This document shows positions 15,233 through 28,368 of a stretch of DNA of 64,000 bases, piece after piece. The notes below the pieces were generated by a model that had not been told where the DNA came from, searched no databases, and saw nothing but the letters and a program-made list of their open reading frames with translations. The position numbers were made by a program, and so were the translations under genes. Numbering within the stretch: position 1 is the stretch's first letter; each line of letters starts with the position of its first letter. Origin of the DNA: the human T2T-CHM13v2.0 reference genome, Homo sapiens. The stretch lies in assembly GCF_009914755.1 (NCBI RefSeq), contig NC_060936.1; one strand, written 5' to 3'.

Positions 15233-16554
15233 CCCTATTTTTATAGTGAATTACTAGGCAATACCTCCACTTAAAATTTTCTTTCTACTGTTCTCAGCAG
15301 TCATCAGTTGTACACTCAGGGCCTCTTCACTTTAAAATCCTTACTCACAAGACTGGCAGGTGTCTGGACAAATACACTCTTCCCAATCTCCCTAAGACGC
15401 AATGAGTCTAAAGCCAAAAATACCTGATTCTGGCCATAGTATAAAAACCCCACCTATTCTTCAACATGATCCCTGTAGTCAGTTTTTCTCATCCCATACC
15501 TTGTTTTCACTCCCAAGGTTCCAGCTTAAATGGTGAAAGAAAGGAACACACTTCTTGTGTGCCCTAGTCCTTTAATCTCTGCCTCGATATATCACAGTTG
15601 ATAGAAGAGGTTTCCAGATCTATTTTGGTAATACCCTCTACCACACAGGAATTAGCTGGGATGAGTCATGGTCAAGGGGCTTGGCAAGCTCATCTCACTG
15701 ACTCTCCATCCAGATACTCTTCCCAGGAAGACCAAGCACCCTCTTTCTGACTGGCCATCTAGGGTCTACATGTGACGACCTGCGGATCCCCCTCAATAAC
15801 GTGCCCTCCACATAAAGACAAGTCTCTTCTTTCTGGAACTAGTTATGCTTTTTCTCACAACTGCTTATCCTTGCACATCTCCCTTGAGAATTTTTCACTT
15901 ATCATTAAGATGAAGATACTCTAGGGTAAACATATCAGCTATAATAGATCTGCAATACCACAAACGCTAAGAAACATCAGTAAACGGAAGAGCGGCAGAT
16001 GAGGATCATCCAGGCAGCATGGCCATGTGCGGGGTCTGAGTCTTACTAACCCTGCACCTGAAGCACACGTGGTCCTCAGCAATCTCCTCTCTGAATCAGG
16101 CTGACCTCCCAGTCTCTGGGTGTTTATGCAGATTAGATAAAATAATAGTTAAACACATATGACAATAGTAAGACCTCAATAAAAGCTAGCTCTTTTTCCT
16201 TTCTCCCTATGTTAATGAAAATAAGTGACTTTAAACAAGAATTTTTTTAAAGGTCACACCATATAATTATGGAAAGGAATTAGGACCAAAATATTATTTT
16301 GCATGATACTTTGTGCCCCATAATGACACACTTTATTTTCAGTAAATTTAGTAAAATATGATAACTTGACCTTCACCAAAATAAAATTTCAAATGAATCA
16401 ATTTAATTATTCTGGCAGTATATTTTAACATGGATTTTAGACCTTTCGCATACTTTGCGGACTGTCATTTTATATCAGTGAAGTATAAAGCGGAAATGTT
16501 AGAGGCCATGTCAGTTTGACGACACTAGCAGAATCTCAGATTGGATCCACTTAC

Positions 16555-16697
16555 TTCGACATGAAAGCGCCACATCTTATTCTTGCATCGCTTCCCTCAG
16601 GGAACAGCAGTTCTGGACTGTACAATACATCAACCAACACTGAGAATTCAGCCTGCATCATTGGGCTGAACTGGTGCTCCAAGGAGGCCACTACATC
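16555..16697 (-). CDS. ITPR2: ITPR2 coding exon, 143 nt, phase 0/2 ([10 protein letters not shown]...RIRCGAFMS+AA)
   Basis: Manual translation; acceptor ttccctag|GAT, donor GAA|gtaagt; motif [19 protein letters not shown]. Confidence 0.97.
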
Positions 16698-16877
16698 CTA
16701 GGGAATGAAACACAAGAGAACCCACATGAAGGCGTAAGTCAGATTTCATCTTTCGAAGATAAGACAAGCTCAAGAATACTAATGGGAATTTTATAGATGC
16801 CCCTCTATTTCCATAGCAGCAAATGTCTGTGCCATAATTATAGTCTGGTTTTATGTAAGAATATTGCCTGGGTCTCT

Positions 16878-16886
16878 ATTTTTTTT

Positions 16887-16924
<38 letters not shown>

Positions 16925-16925
16925 T
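16878..16925. repeat. poly-T followed by (TG)n
   Basis: Direct reading. Confidence 0.9.
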
Positions 16926-17124
16926 GTTTATAAGATAAGGGACGGACAGGTAGCTATAAGACTTCTAAGGATATACACCTATAGAGGAAAAGTCAGTTAA
17001 GCCACTGTATGTGCCCTGCAGTGCCTAGGATTATAATGGAGACATGAGAGGTACTCATTACTTTGCAATAAATTAGGGGAATACCCAGGGAACAGCTTAA
17101 AAAAAAAAAAAAAAAAAGATTTCC

Positions 17125-17441
<317 letters not shown>

Positions 17442-17559
17442 TCATTCAGAATGAATCATTTCATCCAATGGGGAAAGTCACTGAAATATTATTTGAAGCA
17501 ATATTAGTACTATACATGGGTTCAGTGACATTCAACAGAATTTCAAATTATATTTTTTG

Positions 17560-18097
17560 AGAGACCCTATTGGTCACCTACCCAACAGCCTTTCTTCACT
17601 CTCTTCCTTGCTAACAGAATCTCAATGTCATTTCTGAGTCAGGCCACAACATTCTCAGGGGATGAGCCCCCTCAGCTTAGGGTCAAGATTGATTACTCTA
17701 AGCAGAGGCATGGTTATCCCATTTCCGCCTGTAGCAATCTGTCCAGGTATGATTATGCGACACAGTCCCAGTCAATGAGACATCAGGTGAAGTCAGCTGA
17801 GAGAGCAGGGTACATGTGGTGTGTGGGGAGGTTCTTTCAAAACCACCTACTGCTCTCAAGGCAGCTTGAGGGTGTGAATCCGAAATCTGAGACAGCCCTC
17901 GTGTGACCCTGGGAGACCAGCATCAAGCTGAATGCCTACAGACCTTTGGTTTTAGGGGCCCAGGCCTACAATTAGCAAACTCAAGGAAAGCCACAGCTCC
18001 AGGTTTCTTGCTATGTGAAATGATATGGTCTTTATTATTTAAGTCACTTTTAGTTGAATGTTGTGTTATTTAAAGCTGAAAGCATCTTAACTGATAT
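17560..18097 (+). mobile_element. MaLR LTR, MLT1J/K-like
   Basis: CTTCCTTGCTAACAGAA...CAATGAGACAT...TTATTTAAGTCACT...GCTGAAAGCATCTTAACTGATA. Confidence 0.65.
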
Positions 18098-18589
18098 GTT
18101 TCTAAAATGAACTGCAGGTAATCATAATTTCCTAAACATTCTTTAATGGTTAAAGCACCCCCATTTTATTTTTAAACTACATTAGAAGAAAAAAAAACTA
18201 ACTTCTTACATAAAGGAACAATTTATTCACCCATAGCTATGGCATATTTTTATCAAGCAGAACATTGCCAATTGCTTATTGTCACTCTTAGCTACAGAAG
18301 CACAGATGGGGATGTCACCCTCTTGATTTCTTATAAATTATGTTAATTCATGTTTTAATTCTTTCTCTTTCTGAAAAAGTGATCATTTCTACTTCAACCA
18401 CTCTAAATAAGCTTTCTGAGAAATGTCTGAAAACAATTAAAAGAGACTAATGGGAACTAGCATAAAGGGGAAAACTAGATATTATATAAAAGTGGGGAGA
18501 GCATGTTTATCAAATATGACAATATTTAATTAAATGTCCCTGTTGTTTAGATTACCTCTTCTTTGTTTCATCTATTAAACAAATAGCAC

Positions 18590-18800
18590 TCAGGCTGCTG
18601 TGATGTGAATTCTGTCTTTAACTCTTATTTTGGTCATGAGGCAACTATGCAACCTCCCTAAGTCATTGTTTCCCCACTTGAAAGCTTAGGATAATGATAC
18701 TAACAATCACGTGAGTTTGCTGCAAGGATTAAAGGTAAGTGCATAGAACATCCTCTAACACATACAGGCCACTTATTCCATATAAATGCTAGTAATCTTT
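18590..18800 (+). mobile_element. MIR
   Basis: GTGAATTCTG...AACCTCCCTAAGTC...GGATAATGATAC...GCAAGGATTAAAG. Confidence 0.6.
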
Positions 18801-18819
18801 ATTATTGAGCACCAGTTAG

Positions 18820-20410
18820 CTGTGATCATCACCCAAACTCAGTGGTTTACTTGCCTGTCTTCATCTTAATCACTCCTAACCATTTTACACACTGGTTTCT
18901 GCTCTTTGAAACACTTTCTGCTCTTGACTTCTATGACATCACACTTTATTTTCCACCTACGTCCTTACTATTTCTTCATCAACTCTTGATAGCTCCTGCT
19001 CCTTTTCTCTTTGCTATCTACATTTTCTTCCGAGAAATCTCATCCAATTCTATGGTTTTAATAACATCTGTATGTTGGAACTCCCACATTTATATTTCCA
19101 GCATGGACATCTTTCTAAACCACTTCAGACTCACTTATCTAACAGCCTAGTTGACACACTCACTTAGGTATCTAAATAGGCATCTCAACTTTAAAATTCC
19201 CCAAATAGAACTCCTAATTTCAACTCAGCCTCAACTTCTTTCTCTCCCATTACTTCCTATCTTAGTAAATAACACAATCATATCAAAACCAGAGTCATCC
19301 TTGATTCTTCTTTCCATTATCCTACAACACATCGATTCATCCACCAAGTTCTATTAGTTCTACAACTAAATACATACAAAATTAATACACTTCTCTGCAT
19401 TACTATTGTTACCTCCTTAAGCCAAGCTACCATCACCTTTTGCCTGAATTAATGCAAAGCTACCTAACTAGATTCACTGCTTCCATGTCTGGATCTTATA
19501 ATACACTCAGAATTCACAGTGATCTTTTAAAAAGTAAACCAGGTCAGCCTCTCCTCTGCTGAAAATCTTCAATGAGTTGTCATCACACATAGAATACAAT
19601 TAAAATGCCTTAATATGTGCCTTAATCTGTTCAGGCTGCTATAACAAAATAGCTTAAACTGAGTAGCTTATGAACAACAGAAATTATTTCTCATAGTTCT
19701 GGAGGCTGCAAAGTCCAAGATCAGGCACCAGCAGATTTGTTGTCTGGTGAGGATGCACTTCCTGGTTCATAGAGGGTACTTCTCTTGCTGTGTCCTCACA
19801 TGGTAGAAGGGCTGAATGAGCTTGCACGGGCCTATTTTATAGGGACTCTAATCGCAACTCCCAGAAGACATCACCTCCTAATACTATCCCCTTGGGGGTT
19901 AGAATTTCAGCATATGAATTTGGGGTGGGGGAGGACACAAACACTCAGGGCACAGCCATAGCACCATGTAAGTCTCTACATGATTTGGCCCCTTATCTCA
20001 TAATATTTTCTTCCTTTACTCACTAAACTCCTGCCCCAGTGGGCTTTTCTTGGATCTTCAAACCCATCAACCTCCTGTCTAAGCACCTTTGCATTTCCTA
20101 TTTCCTTCCCATAAAACTATCTGAACCTAAATCTTGGAATAGATTATTCATCTTCATTATTCATATCTCAACACAACTGTTACTCTGGCAGAGAGGAACT
20201 TCACAATTACAGGGCCACCCTCCCAGTAATTCTCCACCATGCTGTTACTCTGTTCTATTTTTTACATTGCAGTTTTAATTATCCAACAATTTATCATTTA
20301 TTTAATGAGTTAGAATGCATGTCCCAGAAGAGCATAGACCCCATGGCTCTCTCTTTAGCACTTCACACAGTGGCTAGCATAGAATTTTCACTAAATAAAT
20401 ACTTACTTAA
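18820..20410 (+). mobile_element. L2, interrupted by MLT1A LTR
   Basis: CTCCCACATTTATATTTCCAGC...GGTATCTAAATAGGCATCTCAA...; 3' end CACAGTGGCTAGCATAG...AAATAAATACTT. Confidence 0.75.
19616..19958 (-). mobile_element. MaLR LTR, MLT1A0-like
   Basis: CAGGCTGCTATAACAAAATA...TTTCTCATAGTTCTGGAGGCTG...AAGTCCAAGATCA...CCTCACATGG. Confidence 0.85.
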
Positions 20411-21262
20411 TGGATATCAATCTATTAAAAGAAGTTTACTAAAAGAAGTTTAAGGCACACCCTCTCTGTGCTGGTTGGCACTACTATATACCTCTCCTCT
20501 GAAATGTTCCACTCCCTTTGCTCTCCTGATCCTCCTCCTTTCTGACCCACTTTTTTTTCTTGCACTCTTTATGTGGCCATTCTGCTACCCTTAGCCTCTC
20601 ATAGGGCGTTCTTTTTTTTTCTCCTATCACTGTATTTTCTCTTTTAGCAATACCAACCACTATCCTTGCTCCAACTATTATCTTCAAATATAGACTTAAC
20701 TTCCAATATACTCAGTAGCCTGCTACCCTAGTTCACTGTATTTTCCATTGCCCTCCTATTGCATTCTCTTCTCCTCTGCTCTTAAAATAAACAGTCTTAA
20801 TGATACTACCTAGTCTCTAATCATCGGGGCCTCTTAAACTCCTCTCATGCCCTGTCTCTACTTCCACCTAAGAGCCCCAGGTCTGCTGACCCTGCCTTCA
20901 TTATTATCTGCAACACCTATTTCTTCATTTCATCCATATCACCACCTGGCTTAGACCTTAAGTAACTTCTCACTAGTCCCTCTTCCTCTAGTCTCTTTTA
21001 GATAACCCTATCCTACAAATCAAGAACCACTTATAATGGCATTTTCCCCCAAATTTTTAATGTCTCACACCATTTAGGTTTCTCATACTCTCTGAATCTA
21101 ACTTGTCCTTCTAATCCCGTATAACACTCATCTACATGTTACCTCTCATAATATTTATTTCAGTTAATGTCTTGGCCATTTTGTAGAAAAAAAACTTCTT
21201 CAAACTATACCCCAATTCAACTCCATGCAATATTCTACTAATTATGTGAATGGGAAGATGTC

Positions 21263-21659
21263 TATTATGGGCTGAATTAGAACTCCCCCAAATTTCATAT
21301 GTTGAAGGCCTAACTCACAGTACCTCAGAATGTGACTGTCTTTAGAGCTAGGGCTTTCAAAAGTGTAATTAAGATAAAATGAGTTCATATGAGCGGGCCC
21401 TAATCCAACATAACTGGTATCCTTATAAGAAGAAGGGATTAGGACACAGACATGTGCAAACACAGAGGAAAGAGCCTATGAGGACACAGCAGGAAGTCCA
21501 CCATGTGCAAGCCCAGGAGAGAAGCCTCAGGAGAAAGCATACCTGCTGATACCTTGATCTTGGACTTCTAGCCTCCAAAACTATGAGAAAATAAATTTCT
21601 GTTGTTTAAGCCACCAAGTCTGTGACATTCTGCAACAGCAGCCCTGGCAAACTAATACA
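21263..21659 (+). mobile_element. MaLR LTR, MLT1B-like
   Basis: ATGGGCTGAAT...TACCTCAGAATGTGACTG...GGCCCTAATCCAA...AATAAATTTCTGTTGTTTAAGCCACC...AACTAATACA. Confidence 0.88.
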
Positions 21660-22077
21660 ATTTCCAGGCCTAAATCAGGAGTGAGATACTATACAAGTAA
21701 TTTGGGAGCAAGGTGCTTGGATCATTCTGACCAAAGGATTAGAAGGGAATACTAAAACATAAGTTGAAGCAAGATTATGAATATTTAGTTGATTTACCAG
21801 TGTTATCATTGCTATTATGATCATTATTTTGATATTAAGACCCACTATTCACTACTATACTATCAAAACAGAGTTATTAATATACACTCATTAAAAAATA
21901 ACTCACGACATATGGAAGCTATATGTTTAAAAAGAGCAGTGGTAGTAGAGAGTTGTAAAGCAAGGCCTGGTCCCCAAATAGAACTTGATATTTTAAACCA
22001 TATTTTATTTATGTGACTACATATTTTTAAAAAATATAATTTAGAAAATATTAATGCTATTTCACGCTTTCATGTAC

Positions 22078-22268
22078 CTGTAACTTTTCAATAATATTTC
22101 TGTAATCCCAAGCAGGCCCTCCAAGAGCTTCCTTAAAGCGTGGCCCAGAGCGAGCTGATAGTCTCCAACCCATTGCTGCTCTCTGCACCATATTTGAATG
22201 GCTCTTCATGAAAAGAGTATTAACTTGGCTGTCCAAATCCACTGGAATGGCAATTCCACGATTTTTTG
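22078..22268 (-). CDS. ITPR2: ITPR2 coding exon, 191 nt, phase 1/0 ([16 protein letters not shown]...YRNIIEKLQ)
   Basis: Acceptor tttttcag|CA, donor CAG|gtacat; overlaps ORF 22057..22242. Confidence 0.97.
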
Positions 22269-23023
22269 CTGAAAAAGAAAGATTTAAAATATTTCCCTCT
22301 TAATTTGACTAAAGTTTCTTACATATTATCCATACAATCTTATAAACATAAAAGAAAAAATATTAAATCTTTAAACTCTGCCATTAACTTGTTTTATATA
22401 ACTGTAAAAGCTTCTAACCTGAATGTATTTCAATTCTTAAGACCAATTAGTAAAGTGGGTTCATGAAACATTCAAGAACTTATTTGATTTCTTAATGATT
22501 CATGCTTGAAATGTACTTTATACAGCATCAATACAGAAACACACTGTATAACAACCAGCATATTTGTACCTTCCCAGATGCCAACATAAATAAGAAAGCA
22601 GACATAAAACACACGATATAATTCTTCCACTCCATTCATTAATTTAAGTAGTGTTTGTGTGCACACAAAATTGTATGTGATGAAACATCTGAGAATAGAA
22701 ATAACAAGTTGAAGAGTGTAAAACATCTGCATTGGAAGAGGGCACTCTTCCCGAGATCTGCTCTCTTCCCAAGATCTGCTGAAATTTATATTTTAACAAG
22801 TTTACATCACAACAATACTGAAAATTGAGAATGCTTGTCACAAAGAAAGCAGTAATGTTGAAGCATTTTTGCAAGGCAAAATGAAGATGGGATTAGTCCA
22901 TCAGCGAAAGAAGAGAAGAAACTGCCCCACAAGAGATTAGAGTTAGAAAAGGTCTTCCCAGGTGTGCAGTCAACCAAAACAAAGTGCAGCAGGGATATGG
23001 GGCAACTCATTAAAGAATAACAG

Positions 23024-23245
23024 CTGAACAATGAGAACACTTGGACACAGGAAGGGGAACATCACACACCAGGGCCTGTTGAGGGGTGGGGGAAGGGGGG
23101 GAGGGATAGCATTAGGAGATATACCTAATGTAAATGACAAGTTAATGGGTGCAGCACACCAACATGGCACATGTATACATATGTAACAAACCTGCACGTT
23201 GTGCACATGTACCCTAGAACTTAAAGTATAATTAAAAAAAAAAAG
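23024..23245 (+). mobile_element. 5'-truncated L1PA 3' end (~220 bp)
   Basis: Near-consensus GAACAATGAGAACACTTGGACACAGG...GTACCCTAGAACTTAAAGTATAA + A tail; flanks AAGAATAACA / AAGAAATAACA. Confidence 0.95.
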
Positions 23246-23605
23246 AAATAACACAAAACATGAAGAAAAACTTGTATAGCAAAAAAAAAAGACAAAGGTA
23301 AGATACAAAGGATATATTTTTCTATATTTTATCCAAATTAAATCAATGACAACGGATTAAAAAAAATAATAACAGCTGAAGAGCTGGGAAGCTAAGGCCC
23401 TCCTCCCTCTGATTAGCATAGACATAGCAGTTGGCAGAAGCAGTTTTTACCTGGAGGACAAAGTCAGAGAAATGAAGAAATGTTCTCTCAAGAAAGTAGA
23501 ATACCTGACTGGACAGAATGCCAAATGCAGGTGTTAGAACTTGATAGAGAAGCAAAATGGAGCTTGAAGTAATGGCAGAGACCATCAAGTAAGAGGTAAA
23601 ACGTG

Positions 23606-23881
23606 GGCTGGGTGTGTTGGCTCACGCCTGTAATCCCAGCACTTTGGGAGGCCGAGGCAGGCGGATCACAAGGTCAGGAGATCGAGACCATCCTGGCCAA
23701 CATGGTGAAACCCCATCTCTACTAAAAATACGAAAACTAGCTGGGTGTGGTGGTGCATGCCTGTAATCCCAGCTACTCAGGAAGCTGAGGCAGGAGAATC
23801 GCTTGAACCCAGTAGGCAGAGGTTGCACACCACTGCACTGCAGCCTGGTGAGAGAACTAGACTCCATCTAAAAAAAAAAAA
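23606..23881 (+). mobile_element. AluSc-like with small right-arm deletion
   Basis: GGATCACAAGGTCAGGAGATCGAGACCATCCTGGCC; GTGAGCCGAGATCG segment missing. Confidence 0.92.
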
Positions 23882-24289
23882 GATAGAATGTGGGGAGAGA
23901 GAAGAGGCAGCACCAGCAGAGAGAGGAAATATATTAAATTCTCCAACTCCTGCGCAAAGCCCTCCTTACTTAACATTTACTGGTGTTCCCAGTCTGCCTC
24001 TGCTATACACACACATGCACATATGCATGCACGCACACAAACACAAACACAGCCTAAAGGAAAGCCTGAGTATCATTTGGTCAGCCTTTGGCCTCTCATA
24101 CAGAATTCCAGGTCAGCCCTGTCATTTATACAAGAATTCTAGGAAGGAAACAGGCCTTTAAAACTGCAGTGGAAACCTATGCCAGTCATTACGGACTTTC
24201 CTAATTACGAACACACCACCTAGGATCACAAGGAAAACCAATACCATTAAGAATAACCAATCCTAGTGAAAACAGGGATGACTCAAGGA

Positions 24290-25760
24290 AAAGCAAGAAA
24301 TATTTAAATAATCCTAATTATTGTCCTCAGAGAATTTGAGTATATACTGCATCCAAAAAATTAGAAAATCAGAAAGAAGAATGACATCTTAGAAATTAAA
24401 ATGTCCTTGCATACATAAACATGTGAAAAATTGGCTGAAAAATAACTGATAGAAACACAATTGGTAATCTGGAAAGGAAGTCAAGGAATCTTCTAAAAAT
24501 TAAGCATAAAAGATCAAAAAGCAGAATAAAACAGAGAGACTGTGAAATAAAGAGGGTAAACCCAGGAATTTAAATATCTAACAAATATAAGTTCCAGAAA
24601 GAAATAGCAGATACAATGTGAGAGAAGAAATTATTAAGAAAACAATATAAGACAACTTCCTTGAGCTTAAGACACATGTACATCTCCAAATTAAAAAGGT
24701 CCACAATATGTTAAACAGGATTAAGTAAGCATATTGGCCGTATTCTGGTAGAATTTTAGAATGCTGTTTTGGGTTGAACTGCATCCCCAAAAAGTATATG
24801 TTGAAGTATTAATCATCACTCCCCCTGAATGTGACCTTATTTGGAAATAGGGTCTTTGCAGATGTAATCACGTTAAGTTGAGGTCATACTGAATCATGGT
24901 GGGCCCCAATCCAATTCAACTGGTGTCCTTATAAGAAGGGAAGGAGAGACACAGAGAAATACCTGAGGGACACACACGATGTGAAGATGGAGGAAGAGAA
25001 TGGATTTATGCAGCTGCAAGCCAAAGAATGCCAAAGATTGTCAGCAAACCTCAGAAGCTAAGAGAAAGGCATGGAACGAATTCTTCCCTGGAGCCTTCAG
25101 AGAGAGCATGGTACTGATGAACCCTTGATTCCAGACTCCTAGTCTCCAAATTGTGAGACACTAAAATTTCTGTTGTTTTAAGCTACACAGTTATGCTAAT
25201 TTATGGCCAGCTGTAGAAAAATATACAAATGTCAATAGTATGGAGAAAATATCAAGTACTTCCAGAGAGAAAAGATGATTCCTAAAAAGAGTCTGACTAG
25301 CATCAGACTTATCATCATCAGCATTGAATGCTAAAAGATCCAATACCTTTATAGATGAAAAATTTTGAAACACGGACTTTATGTCCATCTAAACTAAAAA
25401 TCAAATGTAATTCCCAAACAAAAACATTTCAAAATACGTAAAGGCTCAGAAATTCTTCAATGAACCCCCTATGAAAAAATTACTCTAAAAAAAGAGCAAA
25501 TAATTTTTACATGTCCACATGGATATGAGAAACTATGGCAACTAAGTATGAATCTGAAGAAGAAAATTAAGTTAGAAACAAATGAAAAAAGATCCATCAG
25601 CTATTTCCATGGTTAGGAAATTCTCTTCTACTTGGAAAAGTTTTAATATCATAGTGCTACATTTTTTGTCCTAAATGGTTATAGCAGAACTATAAAGATC
25701 ATATTTAAAGTTATAATGATAGTCCCCAGAAGGCTTACTTTAAATGAATGAAAATAGGAA
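24290..25760 (+). mobile_element. ancient L1M ORF1-region remnant, interrupted by MLT1C
   Basis: A-rich text resembling L1 ORF1 (ATATAAGTTCCAGAAAG...; CTAGCATCAGACTTATCATCA...). Confidence 0.55.
24765..25227 (+). mobile_element. MaLR LTR, MLT1C-like, with 5-bp TSD
   Basis: TG...CA termini; GAATGTGACCTTATTTGGAAATAGGGTCTTTGCAGATGTAAT; TSD AATGC (24760-64) / AATGT (25228-32). Confidence 0.9.
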
Positions 25761-25786
25761 GGAAGGGATAAAAAAAAATTGGATGA

Positions 25787-25800
25787 ATAGATAGACAGAT

Positions 25801-25866
<66 letters not shown>

Positions 25867-25876
25867 TAGATAGATA
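25787..25876. repeat. (GATA)n(GACA)n compound tetranucleotide STR
   Basis: Direct reading. Confidence 0.97.
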
Positions 25877-25990
25877 ATCTGGCTTGCTTCATATAATGAA
25901 AGGAAAGCAAATAGTAGATAATATTACCAGCTGGTGGAAATTCTCTGAAGCTTAAAGATACTCAAAAACTTGTTTGAAAATAGACAATTT

Positions 25991-26135
25991 GCTGGATGCA
26001 ATGGTAGCCTCAGCTATTCAGGAGGCTGAGTCAGGTGGATCACTTGAGTCCAGGAGTTTGAGGTTGTAGTACACTGTGATGCGAATAGCCACTGCATCTA
26101 GCCTAGGCAACACAGCAAAACCCTGTCTCTAAAAA
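25991..26135 (+). mobile_element. Fossil Alu monomer (FAM-like)
   Basis: Single 7SL-derived arm retaining GAATAGCCACTGCA, which dimeric Alu arms lack. Confidence 0.75.
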
Positions 26136-26960
26136 GGAAAGAAAAGAAGAGAGGAGAGGAGAGTAGAGAGGAGAGGAGAGGAGAGGGGAGGGGAGGAGAG
26201 GAGAGGAGAGGGGAGGGGAGGAGAGGAGAGGGGAGGGGAGGAGAGGAGAGGGGAGGGGAGGAGAGGAGAGGGGAGGAGAGGAGAGGGGAGGAGAGGAGAG
26301 GGGAGGAGAGGAGAGGGGAGGAGAGGAGAGGGGAGGGGAGGGGAGGGGAGGGGAGAAGGAGAGGTGAAGAAGAGGAGAAGGAAAGGAGGAGAGGAAAGGA
26401 GAAGGAGAGGAGATGGAGAGGAGAAGGAGAGGAAAGGAGAAGGAGAGGAGATGGAGAGGAGAAGGTGAGGAAAGGAGAAGGAGAGGAGGAGAGGGAGAGG
26501 AGGAGAGGAAAGGAGAAGGAGAGGAAAGAGGAGAGGGGAGAGGAGAGGGAGAGGGAGATGAGAGTGAGAGGAGGAGAGGAGAGGAGAAGAAGGAGGAGGA
26601 AAGAGGAGAGGTGAGAGGAGAGGGAGAGGAGAAGGAGAGGAGAGGAGAAGGGAGGAGAGGAGAGGGAGAGGGAAAAGAAGAGTGAGAGGAGAGGGAGAGG
26701 AGAAGGAGAAGAGGAAGAGGAAAGAGAAGGAGAGGAGAGGAGAGGCAGAGGGAGAGGAGAAGGAAAGGAGAAGAGAAGGAGAAGGAGAGGTAAGAGGAGA
26801 AGGAGAGGAAAGAGGGGAGGAGGAGAGGAGAGGAGGAGGAGGGAGAGGAGGGAGAGGAGGGAGAGGAGGAAGAGGAGGAAGAGGAGGAGGAGAGGAAAGA
26901 AGAGAGGAGAAGGATAAGGAGGAGAGGAGAGGAAAAGGAAAGGAAAAAGAAAGGAAGAAA
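26131..26960. repeat. ~830-bp polypurine (GGAGA/GGGGA/GGAGAA)n low-complexity tract
   Basis: Almost exclusively A/G on plus, only isolated pyrimidines. Confidence 0.98.
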
Positions 26961-28301
26961 GAAAATAGATAATTTTCACTAGCCACACCAAAAACATGTA
27001 CTAATGTAGACAAAAACTCACTCTGAAGTTTTATAGAAATAATAACAGCTATAAGGCAACCTTAAACAATCAATTTCACCACTGCTTAAATTTCCTTAGT
27101 AAATGTTTTCCTAATATTCATGATACGCTTCCCTTTCCCAAAGCATGCAATATCTCTGTTTATGTCTTTCACACACAGCAGTGCAACTGCACTTCTGTCT
27201 CATCTGAAGGACAGATGGCCTCAACTCTGCCAAACAGCACATAGTTTTATAAATACTTAATCCTGCACCATGATCAAATCCTGGCAAGATTTTCATCCTT
27301 TTCTGGCTGCTTCACACATAAACTGGGTTTGCTCTAAACATTCAAAAATCAAACAGAAGACAATACTGCTTCTATGTTATTTTCTAAGCAACGAAAATAA
27401 AATGTTTCTCAAAACATGTTACAAACAAGTTTCCACTGACATTTAAACAAATTGGGGAGGAGATTGGGATTTATCTGCCCTTTAGGAATCAGGTACATTA
27501 GGTGAAATTGACCATCAAATAAGTGTTGCTGCTATGACTATGACTTACACAAAGAAGTGCTCAATGAATATTTTTCTAATGACACCAGTGAAAATTTAGT
27601 TCAATGGCAGCACCTCTGTTATTAACAATGCAGCCTTTTTATTAGTGACTTCAGGGAAATCTCATCCACCTCCAGAATCTCTTGTAAGCTGCTGATGGAA
27701 CACATTCTTCTATAGCCAGCACCATGGACAAACCAGGCTGGGGAGACTCCACGATCCCAAACTCTGTTGAAAGGTTTTTTTGTTTCCCTCAAACCATCCC
27801 ATTTCGATTGATATTATCTAGTCTCCTGTCTTCACATGAACTGTACAATGAAAATTAGCAAGGTAAAATATACTACTTTCCACAACTGTAGGTAAACTTT
27901 GAACAGAGCTAAATGACAATTTTTAGGCAATAATAGAAAATTAACTATGCAATTGAGAAAAAGATTTTTTGAGTCAAAATCAGTCTGCTTTGTAGACAAA
28001 GTTTTTTCAAACAATTGTAAAAACACAAGTATTTCTAAAGATATGGTCGGAAATAAATTCACTGCACTGTCCAAATAGTATAAATACTAATCCAAAACCA
28101 AAATTAACAATGCCAATTTAGCTGTCCATTGTTTAAAAATTAAAGCAGAAAAAACAAAAAAGAAAATTATGTCTAAAAAATGAAAACATTAATTTATCAT
28201 TTCACTTACAAGGACATTAATAAATAGAACAATATTTTTCAAATGCAATCAAAAACACAATCCAAAGTTAGCTTACTTTTACTAAGCTAGAAAAATTCTG
28301 G

Positions 28302-28336
28302 TATATATATATATTATATATATATATTATATATAT

Positions 28337-28367
<31 letters not shown>

Positions 28368-28368
28368 A
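28302..28368. repeat. interrupted (TA)n
   Basis: Direct reading. Confidence 0.93.

Noticed and set aside
23083-23105. G-quadruplex-like G-run
   Set aside because: Standard G-rich tract of the L1PA 3' UTR; not locus-specific
26098-27013. Long ORFs of 299 and 294 aa (and plus-strand E/R/G-rich ORFs)
   Set aside because: Artefacts of the polypurine tract, which cannot form stop codons; no real codon complexity
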